Shown: positions 9,601 to 16,468 of the stretch, piece by piece
Layout of the letters: the number at the start of each line of letters is the position of its first letter
How positions within the stretch are numbered: the first letter of the stretch is position 1
DNA from: Frankiaceae bacterium
GTDB taxonomy: Bacteria; Actinomycetota; Actinomycetes; Mycobacteriales; SCTD01
Length of the DNA stretch: 64,000 nucleotides
Assembly (NCBI GenBank): GCA_016650445.1
Contig: JAENVS010000011.1
Location: 74,307-138,306, forward strand
Direction: 5' to 3'
Position numbers and translations under genes: made by a program
Notes under the pieces: generated by a model
What the model was told of the DNA's origin: nothing
Databases searched by the model: none
Seen by the model: only the letters and a program-made list of their open reading frames with translations

Positions 9601-12046
9601 CCACTGCGGTCGCGTCGAGCGCGCCGTCGGCGAGCTGGTGGACGTCCACGACGACGCTGAACTCGCCGGTGTCGCTGTCTGCAGGCCCGGAGGCGGAAGC
9701 CGTCGCGGGGGGCGGAGCCAGCGGCCCGGCACCAGCCGGCTCGCTGATCGTCACGGTGACCGTGGCGCCGTGATCCGCCGTACCGGTGATCGTGACGCCG
9801 TTCGCGTTCGCGACGTTGACGTTCGGGAACCCGGTGATCGTCGGTGCACCCGGCGGCGTCGCGTCCTTCGTCGTGAAGGCCTGCGCCGCTGATCCAAGGT
9901 TGCCCGCCGGGTCGGTCGCGGTCGCCGTGACCGTGACGGGACCGTCGAGGAGGATGTCGAGGTTGAGCGTGGCGGAGAAGGCGCCACTGCCATTGGCCGT
10001 GGCGGATCCGGTCTTGGGCGCGGGCGAGGGCGAGTCGGGCGTCATCGCGGACAGCTGCACGTTCGAGCCGGGCTGCGTCGTGCCGGTGATGGTGGTGCTG
10101 CGGGTCGTCGCGTTCGTGCGGGTCGCCGCAAGACCCGCGATGCCCGGACCGCTGGTGTCCTTGACGAAGGACGCCGTCGCCGGCGTGCTGTCGTTGTCGG
10201 CGGTGTCCGCGGCGGTCGCGCTGGCGGTCACCGTGCCGTCGGCGAGGGGCGACAAGTCGATGGTGGCTGTGAACGGGAACGTCTGGCTCGTCGGCAGGCC
10301 GTGAGCGGCACCGGTGGCGACGCTGACGGGCGGGGTCGACGTACCGCCGTTGGTCAGCGTGATGGTCACGTTGCCGGGCTCGCTCACCTCGCCGCTGATC
10401 GTGGCGGTCGAGGTAGCCGGGTCAGGACCGGCCTGGAAGCCGCTGAGGTCCGGCGCGACCGTGTCCTTCTGCACCGTCCGGGTGGAGGAGTCCGGACCAG
10501 TGTTGCCCGCGCCGTCGGTGGCCTTCGCCACCACAGACAGCACCCCGTCGGCCAGGCTCGACAGATCGAGGGTGACCCGGTAGTCGCCGTTGCTGTCTGC
10601 GGTCCCGGACCCGGTCACGGTCTCCACCAGCGGCGGAGCGGCAGGCGAGTCCGTGACCGTCACGGTCACCTGCGCGCCGGGCTCGCCGGCCGTCCCGGCC
10701 ACGACGAAGGCGTCCACGTTGGCAGCGTTGACGGCGCCGACGATCGGGTTGACGCCGGCCGTCGGCGCGCTGGTGTCCTTGGTGGCGTGGGTGGACGTCG
10801 CAGGCCCGGTGGCCCCACCTGTGTCAGTTGCCACAGCGGTGACGGTGATGTCTCCGTCCGCCAACCCGGCGAACGACACCGCCCGGCTGAAGTGCCCGCT
10901 CGACCCCGCGGTGATGGTGGCCGTGCTGGTCGCCGAGCCGTCCGTGGCGGTGATGCTGACGCTCGCGCCGGCCTCGGTGTCGCCGATGACCGTGCTGCTC
11001 GTCGTCGTGCTGTTGGTGTCGGAAGCCGCCAGCGCGCTGATCACCGGCCCCACGAGGTCACGACCGGCTGTCGTGGTGGCCGTCGGGCCCACGTTGCCGA
11101 CGCTGTCCGTGGCGATCGCGCTGAACGTGATGGTCCCGTTGTCGAAGCCGGTCAGGTTGAGGCTGGTCGTGAAGCTGCCCTCGGCAGGGTCATCGCTCAG
11201 CGGCGCAGGAGCGGGCGCCGTGGCCAGGTCACCACTCGACACCGTGTGCGTCCCGTCGGTCGCCGAGACCCGCACGGTGGAGCCGGGCTCGGTGCTGCCG
11301 GACACAGTGCTGCTCTGCGCGTTGGGGGTCGTGCCCGTTGCGGTGAGACCGGTCACGACCGGGAGCACGGTGTCCTTCGGCGCGGTCCTCGTGGCGCTGG
11401 TCGTATTGCCTGCGCCGTCGCGGATCGTGGCGGTCGCCGTCAAAGTGCCGTCCGCGAGGGAGCTGACGTCGAAGACGTGCGTGTACGGCGGCGCGTTGCC
11501 GTTGATGCTCACGGCCGGGAGCGTCGTCGTACCGTCCCCGATCTTGAGCGTGACGGTGTCGAAGGCGGTGAGGCTCTCGGAGGTTGTCGCCGTCACGGTG
11601 ACGGCGTTCTGATTCGCGTTCTTCACCGGCGACGGTGAGACCGCGACGGTCGGCGCGACCGGCGCGACGGTGTCCTTCCGGACTCCCGCCTGGGTGGTCG
11701 AACCGGCCGCGTCGGTCACCGTGGCCGTGAGGTTGGTGCCGTCGCTGAGAGTGCTGGCGTTGAGCGTCGCGCTCCACTGCCCGGTCAGGCCGGCAACCGT
11801 GGGTGGCGCAACGGCCGGAGGCGTCATCGGGTTCGTGTCGTCGAGCGTGAAGGTCACCGGCCCGGGCGCCGCGGTGCCGGTGGCGGTGACGGCCGACTGG
11901 TTCGCGCTGTTGATCGGGTTGGTCAGGGTCTGGATGACCGGGCCGGCGGCGTACGCCGGGCTGGTGAGCGCGGGAACCAACCCCGCCACGAGAACGGCAG
12001 AGCCGACAACCGCGAGCGCGCGTCGAGACGTGAGCAGCCGGGGCAT
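6644..12046 (-). CDS. giant secreted Ig-like-repeat protein (1800 aa), putative adhesin/surface protein
   Basis: Start at Met104 of ORF 6644..12355 with an AGGAGA RBS. Signal peptide MPRLLTSRRALAVVGSAVLVAGLVPALTSPAYA. About 14 tandem 95-100 aa modules end in D.AGN.G......KDT..P. One SbsA-type Ig module (LQLVSTSPSGTAGPGTKVRATYDEDL). An 85-aa S/P/T/G linker is followed by a ~190-aa beta-rich C-terminal domain. Confidence 0.85.
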   Translation of the reverse strand: MPRLLTSRRALAVVGSAVLVAGLVPALTSPAYAAGPVIQTLTNPINSANQSAVTATGTAAPGPVTFTLDDTNPMTPPAVAPPTVAGLTGQWSATLNASTLSDGTNLTATVTDAAGSTTQAGVRKDTVAPVAPTVAVSPSPVKNANQNAVTVTATTSESLTAFDTVTLKIGDGTTTLPAVSINGNAPPYTHVFDVSSLADGTLTATATIRDGAGNTTSATRTAPKDTVLPVVTGLTATGTTPNAQSSTVSGSTEPGSTVRVSATDGTHTVSSGDLATAPAPAPLSDDPAEGSFTTSLNLTGFDNGTITFSAIATDSVGNVGPTATTTAGRDLVGPVISALAASDTNSTTTSSTVIGDTEAGASVSITATDGSATSTATITAGSSGHFSRAVSFAGLADGDITVTAVATDTGGATGPATSTHATKDTSAPTAGVNPIVGAVNAANVDAFVVAGTAGEPGAQVTVTVTDSPAAPPLVETVTGSGTADSNGDYRVTLDLSSLADGVLSVVAKATDGAGNTGPDSSTRTVQKDTVAPDLSGFQAGPDPATSTATISGEVSEPGNVTITLTNGGTSTPPVSVATGAAHGLPTSQTFPFTATIDLSPLADGTVTASATAADTADNDSTPATASFVKDTSGPGIAGLAATRTNATTRSTTITGTTQPGSNVQLSAMTPDSPSPAPKTGSATANGSGAFSATLNLDILLDGPVTVTATATDPAGNLGSAAQAFTTKDATPPGAPTITGFPNVNVANANGVTITGTADHGATVTVTISEPAGAGPLAPPPATASASGPADSDTGEFSVVVDVHQLADGALDATAVAKDGSDNTGSASPTMTSTKDTAGPSVSNLRATSTTSATPTATITGSAPNGSTIEITATQGSAAPVTQTGTSNGTFSIPLDTSSFADGLITFTARPTSAAGNSGPAMSTTADHDAHDLQLVSTSPSGTAGPGTKVRATYDEDLVSGSAQMLVRDAGNNPVTGSTYVVDANRTVQFTPASPLPSGTYSVLVDVTESRAGGDHRTDSFTFTVDATAPDAPLITGLTNPVNIANQAAVVLSGIAGPGSTVSGTLSGLAKSQPPAPLPPTVETQTRSATADATTGAFSITFDATTFADGTLSATATETNTIGVTGQTSLPSTTEKDTVAPAVTGLAATGTSTSAPSTTVTGSTEPGSHVAVQASDGTLTVTGSATASGSGAFSVQVDLSSLSDGQITVTATPTDVAGNPGSNASTTTSKDTVGPSITGLGATPTNGSQRSSTVTGSTEGGSSVRITATDSGAATRTVTITVPGSGSFSTPLDLTGMADGVISFGAVPTDTRGNTGPTATTTSNNDQTNPDAPTLIVAGPAKATNQTALPVSGVAESGATVTVTISGPVTSGGPIPPATTTTESVTKTAQAGSDGSYATTVDVSQFDDGPLSASAKATDVPGNTGASSPAQSVTKDTLAPSVSGLAATASTSDTPTSVITGTTEPGATLAFTATSPGSANPVTGSTVAGSGGAFSGALDLSSLADGTVTVQARATDAAGNTGSPATTTTTRDGTSASPSPSPTTSPTASPTTSPTASPTVSPSASPTASSGGGGGGTTGGTTGATTSSSPSASPSPSASPSPSVSPSPSVSPSPSSSPRQSLTLQALTPNIPAGTTATLAATGAASQAYSLQCYSRPSTTYTEARSGAFDSAGNPVSFTLNLGRNTRCFLQYTNGSDGQSASVVVNVRTVLSLGAARSSASRTYVFQGRNLPRIAGQLITLYRVNANGAEVRTANLRTDATGIYRLTRAFTGTGTFRFRVRTPPTLNNAAGVSNTITVTIR
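7196..7454 (-). repeat. tandem-repeat DNA encoding the Ser/Pro/Thr/Gly linker of the giant protein
   Basis: An 18-nt unit CCGACGGGCTCGGGCTNN occurs at 7222, 7240 and 7258, with a degenerate copy at 7276. A perfect 24-nt duplication GGCGACGCCGTCGGGCTCGTCGTC spans 7377-7400 and 7401-7424. Confidence 0.85.
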
Positions 12047-12244
12047 GGGTTCTCCTGCATCAAGCGCTGGGCGGGCGCAACAAAATTTCCGGAAGTTCGA
12101 CAGGTATTCGACGGGTAGGGGGCCCGGTCCTGGGTAGAACGACGAGTTCATCCTCGAGATACGGGTGACGTTGTCTCGCTCCGAGGGCGATACCGGACAA
12201 AAGGTCACGAAGCAGACGCCGTGCTCGCCTCGTAGATTCGGTCC

Positions 12245-13642
12245 GTGCTGCACCTGATGGACACCCGGACCCGCCAGGTCGAGGAGATAACGCCCTCGAC
12301 GCCCGGTTTGCTGACGGTCTATGCCTGCGGGCCGACCGTCTACCGCTACGCCCACGTCGGCAACCTGCGGACCTTCCTGCTGACTGACCTCATCCGGCGT
12401 ACTGCTGAGCAGTCAGGCCTGCGCGTCAAGCTGGTCCAGAACATCACCGATGTCGGTCACCTCCAGGACGACACCGCCGTCGACTCGACCGGCGAGGACA
12501 AGCTGCTCGCCGCGGCGCGCGCCGAGAACAAGGACCCGTTCGTCATCGCGCGCTTCTACGAGGACGCGTTCCACACCGACCTTGCGCTGCTGAACGTCCG
12601 ACCGGCGGACGCCTACCCCCGCGCCAGCGAGTGGATCGACAGCATGCTGCGGCTCGTCGCCGGCCTCATCGAGAAGGAGCACGCGTACGTCGGCACCGAC
12701 GGCTCGGTCTACTTCGCCGCGCAGTCCTTCCCGTCGTACGGCGCCATCTCGGGCAACCGGCTCGAGGACCTGCGCGCAGGTCATCGCGAGGACGCCGAGG
12801 TGCTGGCCGCGGGCAAGCGGTTCCACGCCGACTGGGCGTTGTGGAAGTCCGCCGGCGCGCAGCGAGAGATGGTGTGGGACTCGCCCTGGGGTCCTGGGTT
12901 CCCTGGCTGGCACACCGAGTGCTCGGCGATGTCGCTGGAGCTGCTCGGCACGACCATCGACGTCCACACCGGCGGGATCGACCTGCGCTTCCCACACCAC
13001 GAGGACGAACGCGCGCAGAGCGACTGCTTCGCCGGCAGGGAGGTCGTCCGGCACTGGGTCCACGGCGAGCACCTGCTGTTCGAGAACCGCAAGATGTCGA
13101 AGTCGACCGGAAACGTGGTGCTCGTCAGCGACGTGGCGGCCCGCGGTCATGACCCGTTGGCCCTGCGACTGGCGTACCTGCAGCAGCGCTACCGCCAGCA
13201 GGCCAACCTGTCGTGGGATGCGATCGCCGGAGCGGACAAGCTGCTCAGCCGCTGGCGCTCGGCGGTCGCGGAGTGGGCGGAGTCGCCGTCGAAGCCGATG
13301 TGCGCCGACTACTCCACCGAGCTGCGCGAGGCCTTCGAGGACGACCTCGACACCCCCCGCGCCGTGCAGGTGCTGCGTCGCCTGGAGAAGGCGGACCTGC
13401 CGGCCGGGTCGAAGCTCGAGACCTTCCTGTGGGTCGACGCCTACCTGGGGCTCGACCTGGCCCGTGACATCGGCAAGGTGCCTGCGGCCTTGCCGGTGGG
13501 CGCGCAGGCGCTGCTCGACGAGCGGGCTGCCGCCAGGGACGGCAAGGACTTCGCCGCCAGCGACCGACTCCGCGATGAGCTCGCCGCCCTCGGCGTCGTC
13601 GTCAAGGACACCCCCGCAGGCCAGGAGTGGTCCGTCGCCTGA
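12245..13642 (+). CDS. cysS: cysteine--tRNA ligase
   Basis: GTG start. CGPTVYRYAHVGNLRTF (HIGH-type), HTEC zinc ligand context, KMSKS, and a C-terminal anticodon-binding tail ending LRDELAALGVVVKDTPAGQEWSV. 465 aa. Confidence 0.88.
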   Translation: MLHLMDTRTRQVEEITPSTPGLLTVYACGPTVYRYAHVGNLRTFLLTDLIRRTAEQSGLRVKLVQNITDVGHLQDDTAVDSTGEDKLLAAARAENKDPFVIARFYEDAFHTDLALLNVRPADAYPRASEWIDSMLRLVAGLIEKEHAYVGTDGSVYFAAQSFPSYGAISGNRLEDLRAGHREDAEVLAAGKRFHADWALWKSAGAQREMVWDSPWGPGFPGWHTECSAMSLELLGTTIDVHTGGIDLRFPHHEDERAQSDCFAGREVVRHWVHGEHLLFENRKMSKSTGNVVLVSDVAARGHDPLALRLAYLQQRYRQQANLSWDAIAGADKLLSRWRSAVAEWAESPSKPMCADYSTELREAFEDDLDTPRAVQVLRRLEKADLPAGSKLETFLWVDAYLGLDLARDIGKVPAALPVGAQALLDERAAARDGKDFAASDRLRDELAALGVVVKDTPAGQEWSVA

Positions 13643-13669
13643 CCCGGCGGCCACCGCGCCTTCGCCGAT

Positions 13670-13719
13670 CTCGGAGGCACCGGGCCGACTCGCGGGGCGT
13701 GTCGCCCGGTTGCTCCGAG
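13670..13719. terminator. 50-nt extended hairpin between convergent cysS and vanW (copy 1 of a repeated element)
   Basis: Arms CTCGGAGGCACCGGG (13670-13684) and CCCGGTTGCTCCGAG (13705-13719) with an inner CGAC/GTCG stem. A near-identical element lies at 30232-30281. Confidence 0.6.
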
Positions 13720-13736
13720 TTCAGGCGGCCAGCCGG

Positions 13737-15434
13737 TCAGCCGGACGCCGGTGGGGGCTGCTTGGCAGGCTGGCCGGGCGGGGGCGGGCCGCAGATGAAG
13801 TTGGGCTCGGGCAGGTAGCGGGTCTTGAACGGCTCGCGCCGCAGCACGGTGCCGGTCAGGTCCTTGAAGATGCGCGTCACGACGATGTCGAAGCCCTCAG
13901 CACCGGACGCCGGCGTGCAGTCGGGCCGGTCGACGTACTCCTTGCCGAACGGGCGGACCCGCGTGCGCGGCCCGGTCACCGAGTCGATGTCGTAGCGCTT
14001 GGTCCCCCAGAACGTGACGGTGATCGAGCGCGAGGTGTACGACGTCGTGATCAGTACGCCGGTCGGCGCGTCGTTCATGAAGCGGAAGTCGGGCTCCGGG
14101 AACGACACCGTCGACTCGCGACCCGGCGGGTAGCGGCTGATGTAGTAGCTGTGCGGCGTGTGCTGCACGTCCTTCAGCCCGCTGAAGAAGACAGCGTTGA
14201 AGATCGTCGTCGCGAACTGCGAGACCCCACCGCCGACGTCCTTCACGAACTGCCCGCGCAGGATCTGCGGCGCCTGCACGAACCCGCGTGCGGTGTCGCG
14301 CTTGCCGACCACGCCGTTGAGGGAGAACGTCTCCCCGGGCAGTACGACGTAGCCGTCGACGATGTCGGCGATGGTGTGGATGTTGGTCACCCGGGGGGCG
14401 CAGCAGGGATGCCGGGTCGTGAACGTCCCGATGACCTCCTTGACCCCGAGGGTGCGCGCCTTCTCGGTCGTGACCCGCGGAGCAGTCACCTTCAGCGACA
14501 CCGACGCCCGGCGAGGGGCGTCGTCATCCACGACATCGAGAAGCGCGGAGCTCAGCTCCTCCGGCGGCACGGTGCGGCCCTCTCGACTCGGCACGAGCAC
14601 CGGCTTGCCGGACGCGACCTTGAACGTTGCGTCGACCGGCAGCTGCTCGACAGCCTCCAGCCGGCGGCCGAGGCCATCGAGCACCTTCTCCGCATCGACG
14701 CGCGGCTCGAGCGGTCCGTCCTCCGACGCGACGAACGTCAGCCCACGAGCGACATCGGCAGGGGACAGCTCCAACGGCTTGCCCTCGACGTCAATCGTCA
14801 CCGGCGCCGAGATGGCGACCTCTGCCGCGTCCATCGCCTCGGCGATGTCGTCCGACGAGCTCTTCGACTCGGTCAGGTCGACGGGGACCTCGATCTCGCC
14901 GTTGTCCAGGTAACCGTCGCGGATCGCTTCGATCGCGCCGGCGACATCGAGCGAGCGACCGGCGAGCGGCTCCACCGCGACCGGCGTCGTGCCCGTGAAG
15001 GTGACCGAGCCCTCGCGCAGGTCGCGCTCCACCTCGTCGGCGACGTGCTGGAGCGCGGCGGCGAGGAGGTCCTCGTGCACGACCGGCACCGGCTCGACGT
15101 CGCGCCGCGCCCCGAGCAGTCCGCGCAGCCGGTCGAGCGGCCCGGCGGAGTGCGCCTCGTCCACGGTCGCGTCGAGGTCGATGCGGAGCCCGACACGCGC
15201 CGGCACCAGCTCGGACCGCACGTCGTCGGCGACGAGCACCAGCGGTGCACCCGCGACCCCGGCGAGCCGGTCGGCGAGGATCGTGGTGGCCTGCGCGGGC
15301 GAACGGCCCGACAGGTCGATGCCGCGGACATGGACACCGCGCGGGACGTTGTCGCCGTACAGCAGGAAGGAGGCGGCGTAACCGATAAGAACAACGGCGA
15401 CGAGCGCGCCGAGCAGGAGGGTCAGGCGCCGCAT
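13737..15434 (-). CDS. VanW family protein with N-terminal membrane anchor
   Basis: TM segment LTLLLGALVAVVLIGYAASFLL. VanW core GETFSLNGVVGKRDTARGF...GGGVSQFATTIFNAVFFSGL. Pro-rich C-terminus. Confidence 0.85.
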   Translation of the reverse strand: MRRLTLLLGALVAVVLIGYAASFLLYGDNVPRGVHVRGIDLSGRSPAQATTILADRLAGVAGAPLVLVADDVRSELVPARVGLRIDLDATVDEAHSAGPLDRLRGLLGARRDVEPVPVVHEDLLAAALQHVADEVERDLREGSVTFTGTTPVAVEPLAGRSLDVAGAIEAIRDGYLDNGEIEVPVDLTESKSSSDDIAEAMDAAEVAISAPVTIDVEGKPLELSPADVARGLTFVASEDGPLEPRVDAEKVLDGLGRRLEAVEQLPVDATFKVASGKPVLVPSREGRTVPPEELSSALLDVVDDDAPRRASVSLKVTAPRVTTEKARTLGVKEVIGTFTTRHPCCAPRVTNIHTIADIVDGYVVLPGETFSLNGVVGKRDTARGFVQAPQILRGQFVKDVGGGVSQFATTIFNAVFFSGLKDVQHTPHSYYISRYPPGRESTVSFPEPDFRFMNDAPTGVLITTSYTSRSITVTFWGTKRYDIDSVTGPRTRVRPFGKEYVDRPDCTPASGAEGFDIVVTRIFKDLTGTVLRREPFKTRYLPEPNFICGPPPPGQPAKQPPPASG

Positions 15435-15478
15435 CAGACCCAGAGCGTACCTAGCGGCCCTGGTGTTCGCTCCGCCAA

Positions 15479-16468
15479 CTACGCGCCGGCGCGCGCTCCC
15501 GCAAGACGCGCGTTGTCGATGACGATGGCGGCGGGTCCCTCGATGAGCTTGAGGGTCGACAACGCCGTCTCGCCGAACGCGTTCTTGATCGCGCTCGAGA
15601 GAGCCAGCACGCCGACGACCGTCCCGCCGTGGCCGCGCAGCGGCATCGACAAGAAGGTCGACATCTTCTCCTGCTCGGGACCGGCCGGGAGCTCGTCCGG
15701 GTCCTCGACCAGCGTGCCGCCGGCCTGCGCGATCATCGTCGCGAGTGCGTTGGTGGTGATGGTCTCGTTCGAGTACGACGACAGCCCCTCGGCCGACCGC
15801 TCGAGGAACTCCGCGTAGTGGCTGTTGGCGGTCGGCTTGCCGACGGCGACGTAGGCCTGCCGCTCGGCACCGAGCAGCACGGCCGCGAGGTCGTAACCGA
15901 CGAACCGGTTCAGCACGCCGAGCAGCGCAGCGACCGTCGACTCCAGGCCCTGCGCGGTCGCGGCGATCGCGGTCACGGACTGCGCGACCGACGACTCGAA
16001 GAGCTTGCGGTCCAGCAGGTCGCAGACCCGCGAGAGGACGTCCTCCTCGGAGAGGTCCAGCTTCTCGGGGGCGAGTCGCTCGCGCCCACCGCGGGCGGCG
16101 GTTGACGCCAGGAGCACCTCCTCGATGGTGCCGGCGAGCTCCGGGGCCTCGAAGTCCTTGGTGAGGTAGCGGTCGACGCCGGCCTGGCCGGCCCAGTAGC
16201 GGTCGGAGGCGGCATCGAGCGAGGTGAGCATGACGACGGGGATGTCCGCGGTCTGCCAGTCGTCCTTGAGCAGCCGGGCCGCGATGAAGCCGGAGACCCG
16301 TGGCATCTGCACGTCGAGCACGACGGCGTCGGGCTGGTGGGCGAAGACCGCCTGCACCGCGCCGATCCCGTCCTCCGCCTGCACGACCTCGTGGCCCTCG
16401 CGCGTGAGCACGCTGCTGACGATCCGCCGCAGGGTCGGGCTGTCGTCCGCGATCACGATCGTCGCCAT
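15479..16468 (-). CDS. response regulator: receiver domain fused to a GAF-like domain
   Basis: REC motifs IADDS, VVLDVQMPRVSG, VVMLTS, YLTKDF. The C-terminal ~180 aa is GAF-like (FVGYDLAAVLLGAERQAYVAV...MPLRGHGGTVVGVLALSS). Its ATG overlaps the cheA stop. Confidence 0.8.
   Translation of the reverse strand: MATIVIADDSPTLRRIVSSVLTREGHEVVQAEDGIGAVQAVFAHQPDAVVLDVQMPRVSGFIAARLLKDDWQTADIPVVMLTSLDAASDRYWAGQAGVDRYLTKDFEAPELAGTIEEVLLASTAARGGRERLAPEKLDLSEEDVLSRVCDLLDRKLFESSVAQSVTAIAATAQGLESTVAALLGVLNRFVGYDLAAVLLGAERQAYVAVGKPTANSHYAEFLERSAEGLSSYSNETITTNALATMIAQAGGTLVEDPDELPAGPEQEKMSTFLSMPLRGHGGTVVGVLALSSAIKNAFGETALSTLKLIEGPAAIVIDNARLAGARAGA

Noticed and set aside
12047-12244. T-box or other leader upstream of cysS in the 198-bp divergent region
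   Set aside because: I found no T-box sequence (AGGGUGGNACCGCG-like) or specifier-loop architecture. The region contains only short features (a TTCCGGAA palindrome and a TTCGAC direct repeat) compatible with ordinary divergent promoters.
12245-13642. Calling this gene mshC (the mycothiol ligase, a CysRS paralog) because mshB is nearby
   Set aside because: At 465 aa it retains the C-terminal anticodon-binding extension typical of genuine CysRS (ending ..LRDELAALGVVVKDTPAGQEW). MshC proteins are shorter (about 410-420 aa) and lack it. A phylogenetic placement would settle the question.
13149-15818. 889-aa plus-strand ORF overlapping the cysS 3' end, vanW and the REC-GAF gene
   Set aside because: It is a shadow ORF. 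The opposite strand encodes proteins with clear family motifs (VanW core, receiver domain), and this translation is low-complexity R/A/G/P sequence.
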